Source: Gammaproteobacteria bacterium (GTDB taxonomy: Bacteria; Pseudomonadota; Gammaproteobacteria; GCA-001735895). From it: DNA of 64,000 nt. Each line of letters begins with the position of its first letter. Positions within the stretch are counted from its first letter, which is position 1. A program made the position numbers and the translations under genes. The stretch lies in the NCBI GenBank assembly GCA_029862005.1, contig JAOTYD010000006.1, positions 5,758 to 69,757 on the forward strand. Reading direction: 5' to 3'. Of this stretch, positions 58,015 through 64,000 are shown one piece after another. The notes beneath the pieces were generated by a model, which was given only the letters and a program-made list of their open reading frames with translations, did no database searches and was not told the origin of the DNA.

Positions 58015-60288
58015 ATGCCCTTCGATCCCGAAAATCCAGAGATTAATACCCGGGTCTATAATTTTTGTGTCCGGGCATTCCGCACTACCAAGAAACTGCT
58101 GAAGCTCAATATCAAGCTGCACCAGGACGAAAATGCAGAGCACAGTACGGTGCAGCAGGGCGATATCTTTCTATTCAATCATTTCGCACGATTCGAAACT
58201 TTCATTCCGCAATACCTGATCAACGAGGCCACGGGTGCCTATTGCAGGTCCGTTGCCGCGGCGGAGTTTTTTGAAGGCGACGAGAGATTCAGTCAATTCC
58301 TTTACTCCATTGGCGTTGTTCCGAACGACCTGCCAAACCTGTTTCCTTTCCTGGCACGCGAAATATTGCACGGCCGCAAGCTCGTCGTGTTTCCGGAAGG
58401 AGGCATGGTCAAGGATAAACGCGTGGTCGATCGGAAAGGCGAGTTCAGTGTTTTCTCGCGCACCGCCAACGAACGTCGCAAACACCACCGCGGGTCGGCA
58501 GTGATCGCGCTTGCGGTGGATGCGTTTAAAACGGCGTTACTACATGACTTCTCGGCCGGTAAGTATGACCGTGTAGAACGCTGGGCCGAGCAACTGGAAT
58601 TTGATACCGTCGAACACTTGATGCAGAAGGCGATAAAACCCACGGTAATCGTCCCCAGCCACATCACCTTTTACCCGATCCGAGTGAGTGACAACATACT
58701 GCACCAGGCAGCGCGCCTGTTTAACCGGGGTATCAACAAGCGCTTCGCCGAGGAATTGATCATCGAGGGCAACCTTTTGTTCAAGGAAACCGACATGGAT
58801 ATCCGGTTTTCGCGGCCGATCATCGCCGGTGATTACTGGAGCTGGTGGGAAAAGAGACTGCTTCCCAACGTCGTTCACCGATTTGATACCCTGAACGAAT
58901 TATTTGCGCTCAAACCCAGCGCCGGTCATTGGGGTGGGCGCATTCATGCAATCGGCATGAAGGTTAAGTCCAACCATGTACGCGATGATTACATGCGCTC
59001 CATGTACGAGGCGGTTACCGTCAATCTCAGCCATATTGCGTCCCTGATTATTACCAGGCTGTTTGAGCAGGGCCTGACTCAAATCGACTGCGGTCGGTTT
59101 CATAAAATGCTCTACCTGGGTATCAAGCTGTTGCAGAAAACCGAGTACCACTTGCACCGCAGCTTGCGCAATCCGGAAGAGTACGACGCCATTATTAACA
59201 GGGGCAGCAGTCGGCTCGATCAATTTCTCAAAACGACGACAACTATGAAGCTGCTGCATGTAGACCAGGGTAAATACGTGATCGATCAGAAGCTGATCGA
59301 GGATTTTCACGTCGACGACGTTCGTACTGAAAATTTAATCAGCGTCTACGCGAATGAAGTCACGCCATTGTCCAAGATCATCCGAATCATCTCCAACGCG
59401 ATGCAGCAAGCCGATAAAATCAATGCGCGTGCGCTCGCCGATTATCGATTTAACGACCAGCTGCTGGCCTTCGAGTGGGATCAAGAAAAGTACCAGCGCG
59501 AACGCTACGAGGCGATTAATTCGCAGCAAACACAAACTGCCGATGCCAACTGGTATTTTCTCAAATCGAAAGACAAATCAGCTTCGGCAGTACTCCTGGT
59601 TCACGGGTTCCTGTCGGGCCCGGCAGAATTGAGAAGTCTTGGTGAACGCCTGCATGCAGCCGGCCACCATGTACTCGGCGTGCGACTCAAGGGGCATGGC
59701 ACATCACCCTGGGATTTGCGCAACCGTAACTGGCATGAGTGGGTCGCGTCGGTCGAACGAGGTTACGATATTCTGAAGGCTTACAGCCAGTCGGTACACA
59801 TCGTCGGCTTCTCGACAGGTGGCCTGCTGGCCCTGAGTCATGCCGCCAATAATCCGAACGTCCGGATTAAATCGGTGACCAGCGTCAACGCCCCGGTGCA
59901 TTTCAAGAACAAAAACATGGTTTTTGTGCCCCTGGTGCATCATGCCAATCGACTCGTGAGTTGGGTGAGTTCCGAAGGCCTGGTACCCTTCACCCCCAAC
60001 CAACCCGAAAATCCGGAAGTAAATTACCAGCACATCCCGGTCAGGGCGTTATATCAATTACAGCAATTTATCGACCATTTAACTGCAAATAGCCTCACGA
60101 TCAATGCAGATGTCTACCTGTACCAGGGAGATAAGGATCCGGTCGTAGCGCCTTCCAGCGTTAAAACCCTTGATAAACTGATTATTGCTGAAAACAAGGC
60201 CCTGGTTACACTCGACAGTGATATCCACGGTGTGGTTTATCAAAATATCGACGATGTACAACAAAAGATCTGCGCATCTATTCTATAA
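58015..60288 (+). CDS. Fusion protein: an N-terminal lysophospholipid (PlsC-like) acyltransferase domain and a C-terminal alpha/beta-hydrolase (esterase/lipase) domain
   Basis: A 757-aa product. Acyltransferase blocks are present (NHFARFE; FPEGG). The C-terminal half carries the nucleophile elbow GFSTGG and an HGF oxyanion region. Confidence 0.7.
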   Translation: MPFDPENPEINTRVYNFCVRAFRTTKKLLKLNIKLHQDENAEHSTVQQGDIFLFNHFARFETFIPQYLINEATGAYCRSVAAAEFFEGDERFSQFLYSIGVVPNDLPNLFPFLAREILHGRKLVVFPEGGMVKDKRVVDRKGEFSVFSRTANERRKHHRGSAVIALAVDAFKTALLHDFSAGKYDRVERWAEQLEFDTVEHLMQKAIKPTVIVPSHITFYPIRVSDNILHQAARLFNRGINKRFAEELIIEGNLLFKETDMDIRFSRPIIAGDYWSWWEKRLLPNVVHRFDTLNELFALKPSAGHWGGRIHAIGMKVKSNHVRDDYMRSMYEAVTVNLSHIASLIITRLFEQGLTQIDCGRFHKMLYLGIKLLQKTEYHLHRSLRNPEEYDAIINRGSSRLDQFLKTTTTMKLLHVDQGKYVIDQKLIEDFHVDDVRTENLISVYANEVTPLSKIIRIISNAMQQADKINARALADYRFNDQLLAFEWDQEKYQRERYEAINSQQTQTADANWYFLKSKDKSASAVLLVHGFLSGPAELRSLGERLHAAGHHVLGVRLKGHGTSPWDLRNRNWHEWVASVERGYDILKAYSQSVHIVGFSTGGLLALSHAANNPNVRIKSVTSVNAPVHFKNKNMVFVPLVHHANRLVSWVSSEGLVPFTPNQPENPEVNYQHIPVRALYQLQQFIDHLTANSLTINADVYLYQGDKDPVVAPSSVKTLDKLIIAENKALVTLDSDIHGVVYQNIDDVQQKICASIL

Positions 60289-60354
60289 TTAATATTATGT
60301 GAGACTGGCAGATAAGGACAAAGCACAGTAGTTTCAAGGCTTGAAACCCGGTAT

Positions 60355-61650
60355 ATGCATCACCCAACACGCTTACTCGTCTACGGCTTTGCAATCGTCA
60401 TCCTGATGATGGTTACGCTGGCCTTCATCGCGTTCTACGCAACCAGCGATACTAATGGCAACGTAAACCAGCAGGTTTCGCAGCAGCTCGAGAAAATAAA
60501 CCTGATAAACGAGCTGTCGACGATCATCCAGCACCGCACCCGTTTCATGCAATCGATGCTGCTGCATGACGAAGAATTTATCGAGGCCGAGTCATGGCCG
60601 AATTTCAATCGCCTGGAAGGTGCCTATACCGAAACCCGGACACGGTTGTTACCCTTGCTGGCACCTCGCGAGCGCGAAATCATGGAGGCGATCGACCGAC
60701 TTGATCGTGACATCAACGACTTGAATCGACAGGTATCGGTGCTGTTTCTGAACGGCAGTCGTGACGAAGCCAGTAAGATCCTGCTGCGGGAAGTGTTGCC
60801 CAAAACAGCGCCTTTGCTCTCACACCTGTCGGAACTCACCCAGGCGCAACGCATGGATGTACAAAAAGCGCTGCTCATGGCCAGCAGTGACACTGAAAAA
60901 AGTCGCACCCAGATCGTTATTTTTTCGATTATTGCAGTTTTGATCAGCCTGGCTGTGACCTGCATCGCAATTTGGTATGGTCGCAAGCTATCGGGCCAAT
61001 TGCAGAATATGAACGATTACCTGGAGCAGAAAATATATGAACGAACCGAATCGTTGCTCGATACACAGAAGGAGTTGCTCGAAGATAACAACGAGTTAAC
61101 GCGCATGGCTCTAACCGACAGTTTGACCGGGCTGTCCAATCGCACCAGCATGAACCAGATTCTGCACAAGGAATTTGCCCGGTTTGAACGCCACGATCAA
61201 CGTTTCGGTATCATCATGCTGGATATCGATAAATTCAAGAATATTAACGATAGTTATGGCCACGACACCGGAGACAAGGTATTGAGACAGCTGGCAACCA
61301 TTTTCGAAAACGCGATACGTGCCAGCGATTTCGTCGCACGCTGGGGTGGTGAAGAATTCCTGATTTGCTGTACCACGATCGAAGAGGTGGATTTGCTGCC
61401 AATCGCCGAGACCATAAGAAAGCTCGTCGCAAGTACCACCTTCGAGACCGCCGGACAGATCACCGCCAGCCTCGGATGTGCGGCGATTGTGAAAGGCGAA
61501 AGCATCGGCGAACTGATCAAGCGTTCCGACGTTGCGCTTTACGAAGCAAAAAATAACGGCCGCAATCAAACAGTTGTTTCTGAATTCACCGATATCTCGC
61601 TGATCCAGGACCCGGACGATAACCTGGACACGGATTCCCACGACATTTGA
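60355..61650 (+). CDS. Membrane-anchored GGDEF diguanylate cyclase
   Basis: A 431-aa protein with transmembrane segments flanking a periplasmic/sensor region and a coiled coil. The GGDEF site is intact (RWGGEEF). Confidence 0.85.
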   Translation: MHHPTRLLVYGFAIVILMMVTLAFIAFYATSDTNGNVNQQVSQQLEKINLINELSTIIQHRTRFMQSMLLHDEEFIEAESWPNFNRLEGAYTETRTRLLPLLAPREREIMEAIDRLDRDINDLNRQVSVLFLNGSRDEASKILLREVLPKTAPLLSHLSELTQAQRMDVQKALLMASSDTEKSRTQIVIFSIIAVLISLAVTCIAIWYGRKLSGQLQNMNDYLEQKIYERTESLLDTQKELLEDNNELTRMALTDSLTGLSNRTSMNQILHKEFARFERHDQRFGIIMLDIDKFKNINDSYGHDTGDKVLRQLATIFENAIRASDFVARWGGEEFLICCTTIEEVDLLPIAETIRKLVASTTFETAGQITASLGCAAIVKGESIGELIKRSDVALYEAKNNGRNQTVVSEFTDISLIQDPDDNLDTDSHDI

Positions 61651-61719
61651 TCCGCAATCCCGGTTACCGCGGCATTGCGGAACTATAATATCCCGATTCG
61701 CAGTTCAAACTTTCCAGGC

Positions 61720-62277
61720 CTAGTCGATGGAATGCAGCTCAACAGTCCGGTCCGGGCCTCGGCTAAACCAGGCGTGATGAACTTTACCCGTCCCATGCTC
61801 AAAAAACAGTTTCAGGCTATGGGTCACAACCGGAAAGGCCAGTTCATTCCAGGGAATCTGCTCACGGGTAAACATCCCGACGTCGAGGCTCTCGTGTCCC
61901 GCTGAAATTTCTTTACTGGCAAGTTCGCCATGGAATATCAAATAAACCTGTGAAATATAAGGCATGCTGAAAATTCCGAACAGGGTCAGCGGGCCGGCCT
62001 GCGCGTTTGCTTCTTCCATCGCTTCACGAGCCGCGGCTTCAGCCACGGTTTCGTTGTTTTCCATGAATCCTGCGGGCAAGGTCCACAAACCATAGCGCGG
62101 CTCGATGGCTCGCTTGCAAAGCAATATTTTATCATCGAGTGTCAGCAGCGCACCGCAAACATTATTCGGATTCTGGTAATGCACGTAGCCGCAGTGATCG
62201 CAAACAAAGCGCTCGCGATTATCGTCGACCGGAATCTTCAAGGTAACCGGCTGGCCGCACTGGCTACAATAGTTCAT
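61720..62277 (-). CDS. NUDIX hydrolase with an N-terminal zinc ribbon, NudC-like
   Basis: A 185-aa protein with a CxxC…CxxC zinc ribbon and a Nudix box (GFMENNETVAEAAAREAMEEA). Confidence 0.8.
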   Translation of the reverse strand: MNYCSQCGQPVTLKIPVDDNRERFVCDHCGYVHYQNPNNVCGALLTLDDKILLCKRAIEPRYGLWTLPAGFMENNETVAEAAAREAMEEANAQAGPLTLFGIFSMPYISQVYLIFHGELASKEISAGHESLDVGMFTREQIPWNELAFPVVTHSLKLFFEHGTGKVHHAWFSRGPDRTVELHSID

Positions 62278-63017
62278 TGCTGTACCAGCCTAGCTGCATC
62301 GAGTAACAATGATTTCACCTGCCGCATGCCCTGCTCCATGTTAACCATAATATCCCGCATGCTAATAGGCTCATCCTCAACTCCTGCGGCCCAGTTAACA
62401 ACCAGGGCAAGACAGGCATACTCGATCTCCAGTTCGCGCGCCAACGCCGCTTCCGGCATGCCCGTCATGCCGACCACATTACAGCCTTCGTTGCGCATTC
62501 GGTTTATTTCGGCCGCAGTTTCGAGACGCGGACCGTTAGTACTGCCGTAGGTTCCTGATACAACCAGGGGCTGCCCCTTTTGCAAGCCGACCTCGGTCAG
62601 CACCCCGCGCAACTCGGCGCTGTAGGGCCAACTGAAATCAACATGCATCACTTGCGCGTCTTCGCCGTCAAAAAATGTCTGTTCACGTCCTGAACTGTAG
62701 TCGACCAACTGGTTCGGCACCACCAGGGTTCCGGGTTTCATCTCGTCGGTTATGCCACCAACGGCGTTGACCGAGATGATCCTGGAGACGCCGACCTGCT
62801 TCAGTGCCCAGATATTTGCACGATAGTTGACGCGGTGTGGCGGCACGCGATGCCCGGGGCCGTGGCGCGGCAGGAAAACGACCGGAATAGATTGCCAGCG
62901 ACCCTGCAAAACATCCGCCGAAGTATCACCATACGGGGTACGTCGTGGCGCCTGCTCTTCGAGACTGAAGTCTTCTCCCAGCGAATAAAGACCGCTACCG
63001 CCGATGATCGCCAGCAT
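62274..63017 (-). CDS. mtnP: S-methyl-5'-thioadenosine phosphorylase
   Basis: A 247-aa protein with PNP/MTAP family sequence (IIGGSGLY…). Confidence 0.85.
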   Translation of the reverse strand: MLAIIGGSGLYSLGEDFSLEEQAPRRTPYGDTSADVLQGRWQSIPVVFLPRHGPGHRVPPHRVNYRANIWALKQVGVSRIISVNAVGGITDEMKPGTLVVPNQLVDYSSGREQTFFDGEDAQVMHVDFSWPYSAELRGVLTEVGLQKGQPLVVSGTYGSTNGPRLETAAEINRMRNEGCNVVGMTGMPEAALARELEIEYACLALVVNWAAGVEDEPISMRDIMVNMEQGMRQVKSLLLDAARLVQQ

Positions 63018-63571
63018 CAGTCAACCTTTGCAGGCAAGGCATAAATACTCGAAAGATTGCGAAAATGCCCGTTCAAGTCCATGCCAACACCGTAGACATA
63101 GCAGTCGTTGCATTCGAGCCCGACATAGTCCGGCAGGACATCCGCCTTCTTGCGTTCGTGCGTCTTGCCGATCAGGAAAACGCTGCTGCACTTGCTAGCA
63201 CCGTGCTTGAGACAGTAGGACTTGACTTCTTCAAGCGTATAACCCTGGTCGTAGATATCATCGACGATAATCACGTTGCGATCTTTAATCTCGTTTTGGG
63301 GGTAGGCCTTCCACAATACATCTTTACCGAGCGTCTTAAGACGATAGCGCGTGGCATGCACGTAATCGAGCGTTAGCGGAAAGTTCCAGTAACGCAACAG
63401 CTGTCCGGTCAAGTACAGCCCGCCATTCATGACGCATAACACCAGCGGAAAATCCTGTTCGCTGTCCGCTTCAACCTTGCGCGCAAGTTCCCCGATCGCC
63501 TGTTCGACCACTTTCTCGTCGTACAATAATTCGGCCGTCTGGTGGACCTGTTGGGCTCTGTCAGCATTCAT
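63017..63571 (-). CDS. hpt: Hypoxanthine-guanine phosphoribosyltransferase. The start is revised to the ATG at 63569-63571.
   Basis: The PRPP-binding motif VIIVDDIYDQGYTL is present. The family-typical N-terminus MNADRAQ… begins at the internal Met. Confidence 0.8.
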   Translation of the reverse strand: MNADRAQQVHQTAELLYDEKVVEQAIGELARKVEADSEQDFPLVLCVMNGGLYLTGQLLRYWNFPLTLDYVHATRYRLKTLGKDVLWKAYPQNEIKDRNVIIVDDIYDQGYTLEEVKSYCLKHGASKCSSVFLIGKTHERKKADVLPDYVGLECNDCYVYGVGMDLNGHFRNLSSIYALPAKVD

Positions 63572-63572
63572 G

Positions 63573-64000
63573 TCAGGAATTATCAATCGCAATGGGTTCG
63601 CCAATATGAATTGTCGACGTCGGAAATGCAATCTCGGCGTTATTCGCCTCGACGATATCGGCAATGCGCAACATCACGTCCTGTTTAACCTGGTGAAATT
63701 TTCCCCACAGCGTGGTCCTGGTAAAGCAGTAGATGAAAAAGTCGACCGACGAATCTGAAAATTCATTGAAGTTAACCATCAGGGTCTTGTCGGAATCGAT
63801 TTCGTCGTGCGACCTCAACATGGCTTCCACCTCGGCCACAACCTTATCCATGCTGGTCAGGTCTGAGTAACGCAGGCCGATGGTCTCGTAAATACGACGA
63901 TTGGCCATGCGCGAGGGATTTTCAACAATGATTGTCGTGAAAACGGAGTTGGGTACATACAGCGGCCTGGACTGAAAATCACGGATCATCGTTACCCGCC
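63573..64000 (-). CDS. Mechanosensitive ion channel (MscS family), C-terminal part. The gene runs off the right edge of the window.
   Basis: An MscS C-terminal beta-domain sequence is present (…LYVPNSVFTTIIVENPSR…). The N-terminal transmembrane region lies beyond the window end. Confidence 0.65.
   Translation of the reverse strand, partial: RVTMIRDFQSRPLYVPNSVFTTIIVENPSRMANRRIYETIGLRYSDLTSMDKVVAEVEAMLRSHDEIDSDKTLMVNFNEFSDSSVDFFIYCFTRTTLWGKFHQVKQDVMLRIADIVEANNAEIAFPTSTIHIGEPIAIDNS

Overview
This is a gammaproteobacterial chromosome segment. Positions 1–29.7 kb hold a large minus-strand polar-flagellum cluster with Vibrio/Shewanella/Pseudomonas-type organisation: flhA' – flhB – fliRQPONML – fliK – fliJIHGFE – fleR(flrC) – fleS(flrB) – fleQ(flrA) – fliT-like – fliS – fliD – flaG – flagellin – flgLKJIHG. 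By eye I find sigma-54 promoter matches in front of fliL, fliK, fliE and flgG, and a near-consensus sigma-28 promoter in front of flagellin. The flg operon starts at flgG. No flgB-F lies upstream; a divergent histone-H1-like lysine-rich gene sits there instead. A conserved housekeeping block follows: a CBS-pair protein gene, a small conserved protein gene, secF, secD, yajC, tgt, queA and tRNA-Leu(CAA). From the tRNA to about 50 kb the DNA is visibly more AT-rich and accessory-like. It carries an HD-GYP plus degenerate GGDEF-EAL gene pair, then a run of unrelated, same-strand single genes: DoxX, a PEP-CTERM/DUF4114 protein, an SDR gene fragment, an OpuAC-like binding protein, an NAD-binding oxidoreductase, a K-channel-like protein and gdh. 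Each of these is followed by a copy of a degenerate ~110-bp intergenic repeat family (motifs 'TCGTAAAT.GTCGCTGAA' … 'CTTCGGCCAGGAAC.GAC' … 'GGATCGG'). Possible explanations are an attC-like cassette array without an integrase (CALIN-like) or a MITE-like family. The PEP-CTERM gene has a strong sigma-54 promoter match followed by a perfect 26-bp palindrome in its leader. The remainder of the window encodes a metallophosphoesterase, a choline-kinase-like phosphotransferase, Hsp20, a 1266-aa cytoplasmic hybrid sensor kinase (PAS-HK-REC-Hpt-REC-EAL), a thioredoxin-like protein, a VWA plus coiled-coil membrane-protein operon, a fused acyltransferase/alpha-beta hydrolase, a GGDEF cyclase, NUDIX, mtnP, hpt and mscS'.
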